Source: Candidatus Aminicenantes bacterium (GTDB lineage Bacteria; Acidobacteriota; Aminicenantia; Aminicenantales; Aminicenantaceae). From it: 64,000 bases of DNA. Below, one piece after another: positions 9,663-19,025 of the stretch (position 1 is its first letter; every line of letters begins with the position of its first letter). The stretch is taken from the NCBI GenBank assembly GCA_020348385.1, contig CP070750.1:1829244-1893243 (forward strand). Reading direction: 5' to 3'. A program made the translations under genes and the position numbers. Under the pieces are notes generated by a model. The model saw nothing but the letters and a program-made list of their open reading frames with translations, did not search any database and had not been told where the DNA came from.

Positions 9663-11630
9663 TCATAGTTTCAGGATCAATCTCATCACCAAACTGATAA
9701 CAACAGCAACCCCTGTATTCAAAGCAATCGAGAGCAAAGCGATCTTTCTTCCGACTTCTCTCCAGATAATGGCAACGGTGGAGAGGCAGGGGATAAAAAA
9801 GCTTATGAATACCACAAATATGATCATTTGCTGGTAAGTTATGACATTCATCAAATCCTGGTAGTTCACACCGAGCGCCTGGAGCATCATAACCAGGGAA
9901 AGCTCTTTTCGTAAAAAACCAAAAACGAGAGTGACTCCCAATTCTTCGGGCAATCCAAGCGCTTTTCCAACCAAAGGGGAAAGGACAAGGTTGACATATT
10001 TATCTAGCTGAAAATATTGCATAAGGGCCAAAACGACACTTCCTGCAATCAGAATTGGCCAGGCAAATTTGACGAAGGCTTTTAGCTGAACAAAAGTCTT
10101 TCTGGCCATGTTTTTCACAGAGGGCAGTCGGAGGGTAGGGATTTCCAGGATCAATCCAGGCGAGGGCTGTTTATAAAAGAAACTGAGGATGCGTCCCAAC
10201 ACACCTAATAAAAAAATGTTGAAAACATAAAATCCAAGAGCCCATAAAGGTCCCAGATAAAAAGCGACAAGAGCCAAGATGATTGTGGTGCGTGCGGAGC
10301 AAGGGACAAAAGGTATGAGAAGGGTCGTGATAATCCTATCCCTGCGGGATCCCAATATTCTCGTCGATACGACAGCCGGAACGTTGCAACCAAACCCCAA
10401 GATGAAAGGTGAGACCGAATTCCCGTGAAGACCGATACGGTGCATGAAAGTGTCCATTAAAAAACTAGCTCGAGCCAGGTATCCAATGTCTTCAAGCAAA
10501 GACATCAAGAAAAGAAGGGGAATAAAATAGGGCAAAACGATCGCAATCCCTCCACCGATTCCCTGTATCAGGCCTTCGGCCAAATAAAACAGCAGGCTGC
10601 TTCCCAATTGCTCGGCGAGAAAACTCCTAAGGCCGTTCAACGGCCCCAGAAGAAGTTCTTCGAGAGGATTCCCCACTTTAAAGATAATGAAGAAAAAGGC
10701 GAGGAACACCCCAAGCAAGATTACATAACCCAGAAGAGGATGCATGATGATATCATCCACCCTCTTCGGCCAGTCGATTTTTTTTCTTCTTGTGACTCGG
10801 CTGCTCTCTTCAAAAATTTTTAAAGCAAGATGGTGCCTTTCTGCTGCAATGACTTCATAGGCAGGAGCATTATGTCGCGCTTCCAGTTCCTTGCGGATTT
10901 CTTCGAGGCTCTTCATCAGGGGGGGATTGATCTCCTTGAGCATTTTGTTAAATACGAGTCTTTCTGTCTCGATCATTTTGATAGCAGTAAATCTTTTATT
11001 TGACACAACGGGAAAATCGGGAGGGATCAGCTCTTCCAGTTCCACTATCTTATCTTCCACATCTTTGGACAACTCAATCAGTGCCAAAGTCCTTTTTTCG
11101 CTGAGCGTGGTTAAAACTGCGTCTAAAAGTTCTTTAATACCGCGACCATGAGTCGCGATCGTGGGGACCACAGGAACACCAAGGATTTCTTCCAATTTTT
11201 CAATATCGATCTCGATTCCCTTTTTTTCCGCCAGATCCATCATGTTCAATACCACAACCAAAGGATATCCCAACTCAATGAGCTCCAGCGTCATTTCCAA
11301 ACTTCGCCCCAAGATGGAAGCATCTATTACATTGACGACCAAATCAGGTCGCTCGACAAATAAATGTGTGAGGGCTACTTTTTCAGCTTCACCGGATGGA
11401 TTCAGGGAATAAGTGCCCGGAAGATCTATGATATTCAACAGATTCCCTTCGTGGTTGACCTTGCTGTGGGTGTGTTCAACCGTGGTTCCGGCAAAATTGG
11501 ACGTTTCTGCTTTAAAACCTGCAATCGCATTGAAGAGAGTGCTTTTGCCAGAGTTTGGCTGACCAATAAAAATGATGTCAGGAAAATTATTCTGTTTCGC
11601 CAACGATTTCAACCATAATTTTTTGGGCAA
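9663..11630 (-). CDS. feoB: ferrous iron transporter B
   Basis: It has an N-terminal G domain (GQPNSGKSTLFN, DLPG) followed by a polytopic permease. The start given is TTG and overlaps the feoA end, so the exact start is uncertain. Confidence 0.95.
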   Translation of the reverse strand: MPKKLWLKSLAKQNNFPDIIFIGQPNSGKSTLFNAIAGFKAETSNFAGTTVEHTHSKVNHEGNLLNIIDLPGTYSLNPSGEAEKVALTHLFVERPDLVVNVIDASILGRSLEMTLELIELGYPLVVVLNMMDLAEKKGIEIDIEKLEEILGVPVVPTIATHGRGIKELLDAVLTTLSEKRTLALIELSKDVEDKIVELEELIPPDFPVVSNKRFTAIKMIETERLVFNKMLKEINPPLMKSLEEIRKELEARHNAPAYEVIAAERHHLALKIFEESSRVTRRKKIDWPKRVDDIIMHPLLGYVILLGVFLAFFFIIFKVGNPLEELLLGPLNGLRSFLAEQLGSSLLFYLAEGLIQGIGGGIAIVLPYFIPLLFLMSLLEDIGYLARASFLMDTFMHRIGLHGNSVSPFILGFGCNVPAVVSTRILGSRRDRIITTLLIPFVPCSARTTIILALVAFYLGPLWALGFYVFNIFLLGVLGRILSFFYKQPSPGLILEIPTLRLPSVKNMARKTFVQLKAFVKFAWPILIAGSVVLALMQYFQLDKYVNLVLSPLVGKALGLPEELGVTLVFGFLRKELSLVMMLQALGVNYQDLMNVITYQQMIIFVVFISFFIPCLSTVAIIWREVGRKIALLSIALNTGVAVVISLVMRLILKL

Positions 11631-11832
11631 TCCCCCGACCCAAAGCGACTGATGTATCTGAGGTCAAATCTTTCACAAGTATGGGACCTTTCAAGATGCT
11701 ACGAGAATCCAACTCGATGATGTGATTCTTATGAAATCCCAGAGAGAGAAGCCGGCGACGAACATTATGTCCACCCAGTATATCCACGATTTTCAGTTGT
11801 TTATCATAGGGCGCTTGGGTTAAATTTATCAT
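11587..11832 (-). CDS. feoA: ferrous iron transport protein A
   Basis: Small SH3-like FeoA pattern (LKIVDILGGHNVRRRLLSLGF..GPILVKD..SVALGRGIAQKIMV) directly upstream of feoB. I place the start at the internal ATG (MINLTQ) rather than at 11907. Confidence 0.85.
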   Translation of the reverse strand: MINLTQAPYDKQLKIVDILGGHNVRRRLLSLGFHKNHIIELDSRSILKGPILVKDLTSDTSVALGRGIAQKIMVEIVGETE

Positions 11833-11877
11833 TTTAGGTGAATTGTCCTTGTTTGAATGAGTGAAAATATTACAGAA

Positions 11878-11891
11878 GATAATAATGAAAT
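11878..11891. promoter_or_regulatory. GATAAT-type (Fur-box-like) site upstream of feoA
   Basis: GATAATAATGAAAT lies 46-59 nt upstream of the feoA ATG. It sits next to a minus-strand TG+TAATAT -10-like element (11867-11874). It matches the Fur 19-mer only partially. Confidence 0.25.
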
Positions 11892-11918
11892 CCGCTGAAA
11901 AAAGCAAACCCTTTAGAG

Positions 11919-12002
11919 AAAAAGGGGACGGTTCTATTTTTTTGAGTGAACAAATTTAGGTGAGATTACCTGTGGAATAAAAAAATAGAACCGTCCCCTT
12001 TT
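11919..12002. repeat. 84-bp palindromic element: perfect 24-bp inverted arms around a 36-nt spacer
   Basis: AAAAGGGGACGGTTCTATTTTTTT (11919-11942) is the exact reverse complement of 11979-12002. It lies between divergent feoA and secA. Confidence 0.9.
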
Positions 12003-12011
12003 CCCTCTTGA

Positions 12012-12040
12012 TTGACAAGGATTGGGGTTTCTGCTACAAA
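12012..12040 (+). promoter_or_regulatory. sigma70-type promoter candidate for secA (TTGACA-N17-TACAAA with TGc extension)
   Basis: TTGACA at 12012-12017, TG at 12032-12033, TACAAA at 12035-12040. The ATG at 12049 lies 8 nt after the -10 hexamer. Confidence 0.35.
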
Positions 12041-12048
12041 TGTGTCAA

Positions 12049-14658
12049 ATGTATAAGTGGCTGATTCAAAAAATTTTCGGGACGAAAAACGAAAGAGACC
12101 TCAAACAACTACAGCCGTATGCTTCGGCTATCAACGAGCTGGAATCCGGAATTAAGAAACTATCAAACAGCCAGCTCCAAACCAAAACAAACGAATTCAA
12201 AGAAAAGCTGAATCAGGGAGCAACGCTGGATGATGTCTTGTTCGAATCCTTTGCCGTCGTCCGTGAAGTTGCCAGAAGAACAGTGAACATGAGGCACTTT
12301 GATGTCCAATTGGTGGGCGGCGTCGTTTTGCACCAGGGGAAAATCGCGGAGATGAAAACTGGAGAGGGAAAAACCCTGGTGGCGACACTTCCGGCCTACC
12401 TCAATGCTTTATCCGGAAAGGGCGTCCATATTGTCACGGTGAATGATTATCTGGCAAAAAGGGACACCGAATGGATGGGCCCCATATATAAATTCCTGGG
12501 CCTCAAAGTGGGGACCATTCAGCACGAAATGCCGGATCACGAAAGAAATGAAGCCTATCGAAGTGACGTCACATACGGAACGAACAATGAATTCGGGTTT
12601 GATTATCTCAGGGATAACATGAAATTCCGCTGGGCAGATATCGTGCAAAAAGAACACAACTATGCCATCGTCGATGAGGTGGACAGTATCTTGATCGACG
12701 AAGCAAGAACGCCGCTCATCATATCCGGCCCCACAGAGGAATCGACAGCAATTTATTACAAAGTGGATAATCTCATCCGGCGTCTCAAAAAAGAGCAACA
12801 CTTTTTGGTGGATGAAAAGTCCAGAACCGTGGCCTTGAACGAAGAAGGAGTTGCTCAAGCAGAAAAATTCTTGAATGTCGGGAACCTGTACGATCTTACC
12901 CACATGGACACCATCCATGCCATAAACCAGGCCCTAAAGGCTCATCATCTGTTTAGAAAAGATGTCGATTATATGATCAAAGAGGGCAAAGTTATCATCG
13001 TGGATGAATTCACAGGCCGCCTGATGCCTGGGAGACGGTACAGCGACGGACTTCATCAGGCCCTGGAAGCGAAAGAAAAAGTCCGCATTGAAGAAGAATA
13101 CCAGACCCTCGCCTCTGTCACATTCCAAAATTACTTCCGGATGTACGAAAAGCTTGCCGGGATGACCGGAACAGCTGTCACTGAGGCCACGGAGTTTCAA
13201 TCCATCTATGAGCTCGATGTTGTGGAAGTCCCGACCAATAAAACCCTCATCCGGCATGAACACCCGGATGTGGTTTACCGGACAGCCAAGGAAAAATGGG
13301 ATGCTGCCTGCGACGAAATCATCGAAAACAATGAAAAAGGCCGGCCAGTGCTTGTCGGAACAATATCGATCGAAAACTCCGAACACCTGAGTTCCCTCCT
13401 AAGAAAAAAAGGGATAAACCATGTTGTCCTCAACGCAAAATACCACGAATCCGAAGCTAAAATCATCGCTCAAGCTGGACGGGTCAGCTCGGTAACCTTA
13501 GCCACAAACATGGCGGGAAGAGGGGTGGACATCCTGTTAGGGGGAAATCCTGAACATTTAACAAAGGAAGACTTTTTGAAAAAAGGCATAGACCTTGAGG
13601 AGAATCACAAAGAGGAATTCGAACGGGCCCTAACTGAAACAAAAAAGACCACAGACCTTGAGCATAATAAGGTCATCGATCTAGGCGGTCTTCATATCAT
13701 AGGGACAGAAAGGCACGAAGCCCGCCGAATCGATAACCAGCTTCGGGGTAGAGCTGGCAGACAGGGAGATCCAGGGTCTTCACGCTTTTACCTTTCCCTG
13801 GAAGATGACCTGATGCGCATATTCGGCAGCGACAGGATCTCGAGCCTGATGGCCAGGATCGGCATGGAAGAAGGCACCCCGATCGAACACAACATGGTGT
13901 CAAAAGCCATAGAGAGAGCACAAAGACAAGTTGAAGGGCAAAACTTTACCATCCGGAAGCACCTTTTGGAATACGATGATGTGATGAACAAACAAAGGGA
14001 AAGCATATACAGTCAGAGAAGAGAGATCCTCAAAGGAAAAAACCTCAAAGAGCAAATTTTAGGACTGATCGCTACCATCGTTGATTGGGTGATGGAAACA
14101 GAAACGCCCAAAGAACAATCGCCAGACGATTGGGAAATCGAAGGATTCCAAAAGGCCATTGGCGCCCAGTTCGGAGTTGATGTATCCGAATGGGGCATAG
14201 ATTGGGATACCATCAATTTTGATGAGCTGCGAGAAAAGACTCTTCAAAATCTCAACCAAATTTACGAGGACAAGGAATCCCAACTTGGCACAGAAAGGAT
14301 GAGAGAGTTTGAAAGGGTCATCATGATTCAGATCATAGATGCCCAATGGAAGGACCACCTTTTGGGGATGGACTACCTTAAAGAAGGCATCAGTCTGCGT
14401 GGATACGGTCAAAGAGACCCTCTGATCGAGTACAAAAAGGAAAGCTACGATATGTTTCAGGCGATGATGGATAGAATCGAAGACGAAACGCTGCGCTACC
14501 TGTTCTTGATCCAACCGGTAGTGGAACAAGAGATGCCGGAAAGAAAAGAACAGCCGATGTATTACCAGCGGGCACAAGGAGGAGGCCAAGTCCAAGCATC
14601 CCGAAAAGCGAGATCGGTCATCCCGAAAAAAAGAAAAAAGAAAAAAAGGAAGAAATAG
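12049..14658 (+). CDS. secA: preprotein translocase ATPase SecA
   Basis: Full-length SecA ([43 protein letters not shown]). I place the start at ATG 12049 ([11 protein letters not shown]), which matches canonical SecA N-termini. The track start 12022 is TTG. Confidence 0.97.
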   Translation: MYKWLIQKIFGTKNERDLKQLQPYASAINELESGIKKLSNSQLQTKTNEFKEKLNQGATLDDVLFESFAVVREVARRTVNMRHFDVQLVGGVVLHQGKIAEMKTGEGKTLVATLPAYLNALSGKGVHIVTVNDYLAKRDTEWMGPIYKFLGLKVGTIQHEMPDHERNEAYRSDVTYGTNNEFGFDYLRDNMKFRWADIVQKEHNYAIVDEVDSILIDEARTPLIISGPTEESTAIYYKVDNLIRRLKKEQHFLVDEKSRTVALNEEGVAQAEKFLNVGNLYDLTHMDTIHAINQALKAHHLFRKDVDYMIKEGKVIIVDEFTGRLMPGRRYSDGLHQALEAKEKVRIEEEYQTLASVTFQNYFRMYEKLAGMTGTAVTEATEFQSIYELDVVEVPTNKTLIRHEHPDVVYRTAKEKWDAACDEIIENNEKGRPVLVGTISIENSEHLSSLLRKKGINHVVLNAKYHESEAKIIAQAGRVSSVTLATNMAGRGVDILLGGNPEHLTKEDFLKKGIDLEENHKEEFERALTETKKTTDLEHNKVIDLGGLHIIGTERHEARRIDNQLRGRAGRQGDPGSSRFYLSLEDDLMRIFGSDRISSLMARIGMEEGTPIEHNMVSKAIERAQRQVEGQNFTIRKHLLEYDDVMNKQRESIYSQRREILKGKNLKEQILGLIATIVDWVMETETPKEQSPDDWEIEGFQKAIGAQFGVDVSEWGIDWDTINFDELREKTLQNLNQIYEDKESQLGTERMREFERVIMIQIIDAQWKDHLLGMDYLKEGISLRGYGQRDPLIEYKKESYDMFQAMMDRIEDETLRYLFLIQPVVEQEMPERKEQPMYYQRAQGGGQVQASRKARSVIPKKRKKKKRKK

Positions 14659-14668
14659 GGAGGGATAA

Positions 14669-16132
14669 ATGCTGGATGACAAAATTAAAGAAGGACTTAC
14701 TTTTGATGACGTGCTGATTCTCCCTGCCAAGTCCAAAGTTTTGCCTGCAGAAGCGGATGTCTCGACCAAACTCACCCGGAACATCCCTCTCCCTATCCCG
14801 ATCATTAGCTCTGCCATGGATACGGTTACCGATTCAAGAATGGCTATCGCGTTGGCACAAAAAGGAGGCATCGGTATCGTGCACCGGAACATGCCCATCG
14901 AAAAACAAGCGGAAGAAGTGGACAAAGTAAAAAGACATGAGAGTGGAATGATTGTCGATCCTATCACCGTCAGGCCAGAGAACAAAATCTTCGAGGCTAA
15001 AGAAGTGATGAAAAAATACAGGATTTCAGGCCTTCCGATAACGGATAAAAACAACAAACTGGTAGGAATCCTGACCAATCGCGACATCCGGTTCGAAACA
15101 CGGCTCAACTTGCCGATAAGTAAAGTGATGACAAAGGAATTGATCACCGTTCCGTTGGGAACGTCACTTAAGGAAGCGGAAAAACTCTTCCACAAACACA
15201 AGATCGAAAAGCTTTTGATGGTGGACGAAAATTTCAATCTTAAAGGCTTGATCACGTATAAAGATATCCTGAAACGGATCCAGTACCCTAATGCTTGCAA
15301 AGACGATTTTGGCCGATTGAGAGTGGGAGCAGCTGTCGGAGTAAGTGGGGAAACCCTGGAAAGGGCCAAAGCTTTAGTTCAGGCGAAAGCGGATGTGTTG
15401 GTGATCGATACGGCCCATGGCCACTCACAGAAAGTCATGGATACAGTGAAAATGATAAAAAAAGAGCTTCCAGAACAGGACCTCATTGCCGGAAACATCG
15501 GGACAACAGAGGCGGCCAAGGAACTGATCGCACTGGGCGTCGATGCTGTGAAAGTTGGCGTAGGGCCAGGCTCGATCTGCACAACTCGCATTATTTCAGG
15601 AGCGGGCATCCCACAGATCACGGCAATATCTGATGTTTTCAGAGTTACCAGGGAAAAAGATATTCCTCTTATCGCCGATGGCGGGATCAAATACTCAGGA
15701 GATATCACCAAGGCTATCGCAGCAGGGGCCAGCTCTGTCATGTTGGGAAATCTCCTGGCTGGCACCGACGAATCCCCAGGGGAAGTTGTGATATTCCAAG
15801 GGCGTTCATACAAAACTTACAGAGGAATGGGATCGATCGAAGCCATGCGAGAAGGAAGCCGCGACAGGTATTTTCAAGAGACTGCACCGGGTGTGAGCAA
15901 ACTCGTCCCTGAAGGAATTGAGGGAAGAGTTCCGATTAAAGGCAATGCTTTTCACATCATAGAAATGATGGTAGGAGGCCTCAAATCGGGCATGGGGTAT
16001 GCCGGATGTGGAACCATCCCTGACCTCCAGGAAAAAGCCAAATTCATAAAAGTGACGGTATCAGGTATGAAAGAGAGCCATGTTCACGATGTCGTCATCA
16101 CAAAAGAAGCGCCGAACTATTATCTAGAATAG
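14669..16132 (+). CDS. guaB: IMP dehydrogenase
   Basis: It has the TIM barrel plus CBS pair and the catalytic loop [11 protein letters not shown]. Length is 487 aa. Confidence 0.97.
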   Translation: MLDDKIKEGLTFDDVLILPAKSKVLPAEADVSTKLTRNIPLPIPIISSAMDTVTDSRMAIALAQKGGIGIVHRNMPIEKQAEEVDKVKRHESGMIVDPITVRPENKIFEAKEVMKKYRISGLPITDKNNKLVGILTNRDIRFETRLNLPISKVMTKELITVPLGTSLKEAEKLFHKHKIEKLLMVDENFNLKGLITYKDILKRIQYPNACKDDFGRLRVGAAVGVSGETLERAKALVQAKADVLVIDTAHGHSQKVMDTVKMIKKELPEQDLIAGNIGTTEAAKELIALGVDAVKVGVGPGSICTTRIISGAGIPQITAISDVFRVTREKDIPLIADGGIKYSGDITKAIAAGASSVMLGNLLAGTDESPGEVVIFQGRSYKTYRGMGSIEAMREGSRDRYFQETAPGVSKLVPEGIEGRVPIKGNAFHIIEMMVGGLKSGMGYAGCGTIPDLQEKAKFIKVTVSGMKESHVHDVVITKEAPNYYLE

Positions 16133-16147
16133 CCTGGATTATTCAGG
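16133..16147. promoter_or_regulatory. 15-bp near-perfect palindrome CCTGGATTATTCAGG (TGAAT-N-ATTCA motif family)
   Basis: It starts immediately after the guaB stop and ends 14 nt before the next ATG. One half-site mismatch. Confidence 0.3.
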
Positions 16148-16161
16148 ATCACGTATTTCAT

Positions 16162-16866
16162 ATGAATACCATAAATATTTTTGCACTCAGTTTGGGAATT
16201 ATACTTGGGATTATTCACTTCTACAGCGAAAAACTAAAACTTCCAGATGGGGCCAACCGCTATCGCGTCATTTCATTTGCTGCGGGGATCTCTATCGCCT
16301 ATTTATTTCTCAACCTCCTTCCCCATACTTATGCCGCAGCCGATCATCTCAAGAATTTTGTTTTTGTATTTCTCCTTCTGGGTTTCGTTCTATTTCATCT
16401 CGCTGAAAAATTCATCTATAAGCATGCAGACCAAAAAAAGCTCGCCAGGGAATTAAAGGAAGTTCATTCCATCTCTTTCTTCTTTTATTATTTTATGATT
16501 GGTATCGTTCTTTATGACAAAGTTCTCACAAGTCAATTGGAGGGGATATTGTTTTTTATCCCGATCGGACTCCACGCTTCTCTGAGCACTGCTTCCTTAT
16601 CTCAAATACATGGGGATATTCGAGAGGGCTTCGGGACAAAAATTCTTCTGTCTCTATCCACAATTTTGGGCGTGATATTCGCCTTGCTCGTATCCGTCCC
16701 GAATATTCTGGACAATATACTCGTGAGCATGATAGCCGGCATACTGCTTTATATCATCGTTAAGGAATTTTTGCCTGAAAAAGAAAAGGGACAACCCATG
16801 TTTTTCTTGTCAGGAATTCTTGTGTTTATCGGATTTTACATATTAATCGAATCTATCCTTATGTAG
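16162..16866 (+). CDS. polytopic membrane protein, divergent ZIP-like divalent-metal permease
   Basis: About 7-8 TM segments. The C-terminal IAGILLYIIVKEFLPEKEK resembles the ZupT/ZIP C-terminal helix. The classical HExxxxGD motif is not evident, so this call is weak. Confidence 0.4.
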   Translation: MNTINIFALSLGIILGIIHFYSEKLKLPDGANRYRVISFAAGISIAYLFLNLLPHTYAAADHLKNFVFVFLLLGFVLFHLAEKFIYKHADQKKLARELKEVHSISFFFYYFMIGIVLYDKVLTSQLEGILFFIPIGLHASLSTASLSQIHGDIREGFGTKILLSLSTILGVIFALLVSVPNILDNILVSMIAGILLYIIVKEFLPEKEKGQPMFFLSGILVFIGFYILIESILM

Positions 16867-16875
16867 GAGAAAGAT

Positions 16876-18642
16876 ATGAGAAAATGGAAATGTTCGGTTT
16901 GCGGTTATGTTTATGACGAAAACAAAGAGGGAGTCCTGTTCGAAGAGTTACCCGCAGATTGGACATGCCCGCAGTGCGGAGCACCAAAATCAGCCTTCAA
17001 GGTCATCGAAGGTGAGGGCACAACTAGAAAGGGGAAAACAAACGTCGCGGAAAAAATCGTGGACCAGCTTGTCGCCTATGGAGTAAAGAGAGTCTACGGA
17101 ATACCAGGAGATTCCAACCTCCCCTTGACCGATGCCATACGGAAGAATGCGAATATCGACCTGGTGCTCACCCGACACGAACAGGCGGCAGCCTTTATGG
17201 CCTCGGCCCATGCCAAACTCACAGGTGAGATCGGAGTATGCATATCCATCGCCGGCCCGGGCGCGACAAATCTGATCACCGGTATCGTGGATGCGGCCAC
17301 GGATAGAGCACCTGTTCTCGCCTTACTCGGGCAAGTGCCGGAGGTTTTTTTGGGCAGCGAATCCCTACAAGAAATCCCGGAGGTGGATATTTTCAAGACA
17401 TTTTGTGTTTACGCCGAACAGCTAAGTGCAGCCGGCCAGGCTCTGAAAATCGTTAATTTAGCAATCAAAAAAGCCTACTCATCTCCAGGCCCTTCGGCTT
17501 TGAGCCTCCCGACAGATGTCTTGGTCGAACCTTTGGATGAGGCTATATGGCCTCCTAAGGCCCATTTTTTCAAACCCGATCTCCGACCGGGAGAAGCGGT
17601 CAAGGATGCGGCAGAACTGATCGCCCAGAGCAAAAGGCCTGTCCTTTTTGCGGGTTGGGGCTCCCGCGATTGCGGACCTGAGCTGCTTGAATTTGCCCGC
17701 CACATCGGAGCTCCCATCGCCACCACGTCTCGGGCTAAAGGAATAGTCCCAGAATCGGACGAACTCGTCCTCGGCGTTTTGGGATCGATCGGGAACCGGT
17801 TTGCTCCCCAAATTGTGGCTCAATCAGATTTGATCATCATTCTAGGAAGCGGTTTCAGACAACGCAATCTTGTTCCAGATATCGATATTATTCAGGTGGA
17901 TATCGATGCGACACGGGTAGGTAAAACATTTCCAGTCAATATCGGAATTGTGGGGGATGCCCACCGAGTCATCGAAATGCTGAACGAAGTTGCGAAACCC
18001 AAAAAGATGGATCCTGAATTTTTAGAATCTATCCGATCTGCCGATAAAAAGTACAAAGATTTGCTCCATCAGGACACACAGAAAACACAAATCCCTATTC
18101 ATCCGGGGGCGGTGATTCAAGCGTTGAAAAAAAAGGCCGCTAACAACGCCATTATTTGTTCGGATGTGGGAGACCATACCTATTGGTTCTATAAACGTTT
18201 TGTCTGTGATCAGCATCAAACCTTTTTATGCGCTAACATGGCAGGAATGGGATTTGGGATACCCGCTGCTGTGGCCTGCCAGTTTGCCCAGCCAGACAGG
18301 CAAGTTATCGCTATAACGGGCGATGGCGGTTTCGGGATGGCGGGGATGGAGTTTATGACAGCTGTGTATAACAAACTTCCGATCACCGCCATCGTGTTTA
18401 ACGACGGCAAATTGAAAAATATAAAAAAAGAGCAAGAAAGCTATGGCTATCCCGAGTACAGGGTGAGTTTTACCAATCCCAACTTAGCTGAAATGGCCAA
18501 TTCTTCAGGAGCTATAGGATTCCGGGTTTCGGATCCTAAGAAGCTCGAATCGGCCTTAACAGAAGCTTTAAGTTCTTCGAAACCCGCGATTGTGGAGGTT
18601 TTGGTCGCCCCTGATATCTATATTAAAGCTGTCCGCCGTTAG
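16876..18642 (+). CDS. rubredoxin domain fused to a pyruvate-oxidase/acetolactate-synthase-family ThDP enzyme
   Basis: Residues 1-48 are a rubredoxin ([10 protein letters not shown]...[10 protein letters not shown]). The rest matches PoxB-like Pyr, central and PP domains ([35 protein letters not shown]..x..FNDG). Confidence 0.85.
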   Translation: MRKWKCSVCGYVYDENKEGVLFEELPADWTCPQCGAPKSAFKVIEGEGTTRKGKTNVAEKIVDQLVAYGVKRVYGIPGDSNLPLTDAIRKNANIDLVLTRHEQAAAFMASAHAKLTGEIGVCISIAGPGATNLITGIVDAATDRAPVLALLGQVPEVFLGSESLQEIPEVDIFKTFCVYAEQLSAAGQALKIVNLAIKKAYSSPGPSALSLPTDVLVEPLDEAIWPPKAHFFKPDLRPGEAVKDAAELIAQSKRPVLFAGWGSRDCGPELLEFARHIGAPIATTSRAKGIVPESDELVLGVLGSIGNRFAPQIVAQSDLIIILGSGFRQRNLVPDIDIIQVDIDATRVGKTFPVNIGIVGDAHRVIEMLNEVAKPKKMDPEFLESIRSADKKYKDLLHQDTQKTQIPIHPGAVIQALKKKAANNAIICSDVGDHTYWFYKRFVCDQHQTFLCANMAGMGFGIPAAVACQFAQPDRQVIAITGDGGFGMAGMEFMTAVYNKLPITAIVFNDGKLKNIKKEQESYGYPEYRVSFTNPNLAEMANSSGAIGFRVSDPKKLESALTEALSSSKPAIVEVLVAPDIYIKAVRR

Positions 18643-18691
18643 GAGCTGGAAGGCATGAAAATGATTTTGTTGTTATTTTTTGCCATATCAG

Positions 18692-18703
18692 GATAATATT
18701 CAT
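18692..18703. promoter_or_regulatory. GATAATATTCAT, GATAAT-type half-palindrome
   Basis: It shares AGGATAATATT with the site at 43851. It lies 80 nt upstream of the DUF2769-like gene. Its TATTCAT can pair with ATGAATA at 18737. Confidence 0.2.
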
Positions 18704-18737
18704 GTTGATGGAATGAAAGATGTTCCAGAATCTTTTA

Positions 18738-18748
18738 TGAATAACTCA
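18738..18748. promoter_or_regulatory. TGAATAACTCA (TGAAT-N-ATTCA motif family) followed by TATAAT at 18750-18755
   Basis: It lies 34 nt upstream of ATG 18783. One mismatch to the palindrome. Confidence 0.3.
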
Positions 18749-18782
18749 ATATAATGGATTAAAAAGAAGAAAGGAGGTAAAC

Positions 18783-19007
18783 ATGGCAAAAGTGCCCGAT
18801 ACACAGGAGACGACCATACAATGTATTTGTGGGGGATGTCCCTCGTATGACGATTGCATGAGAAATAACGACGAAATTTTGTACTGCGCTAGGGAAAAGA
18901 GCACATGCGAAGTTCCGAGGAACGGCTGCCTATGTGGAGCTTGTCCCCTGGCATCGGAATTCGATTTGGATAAATTGTATTATTGTGTCTCCGGTGCGGC
19001 TGAATAA
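18783..19007 (+). CDS. small Cys-rich protein, DUF2769-like
   Basis: 74 aa with 10 Cys. It has two C-x-C-G-x-CP motifs (CICGGCPSY and CLCGACPL). AAAGGAGG SD. Confidence 0.6.
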   Translation: MAKVPDTQETTIQCICGGCPSYDDCMRNNDEILYCAREKSTCEVPRNGCLCGACPLASEFDLDKLYYCVSGAAE

Positions 19008-19025
19008 TCATAGGAGGTATACCTG

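Noticed and set aside
14059-15369. 436-aa ORF on the minus strand. Many other long antisense ORFs look the same (for example 5004-5606, 12409-12918, 38301-38945, 55633-56310).
   Set aside because: They lie entirely antisense to, or out of frame within, confidently identified genes (secA/guaB, uvrC and others). They have low-complexity Ser/Leu/Arg-rich compositions, no SD and no recognisable family. They are shadow ORFs.
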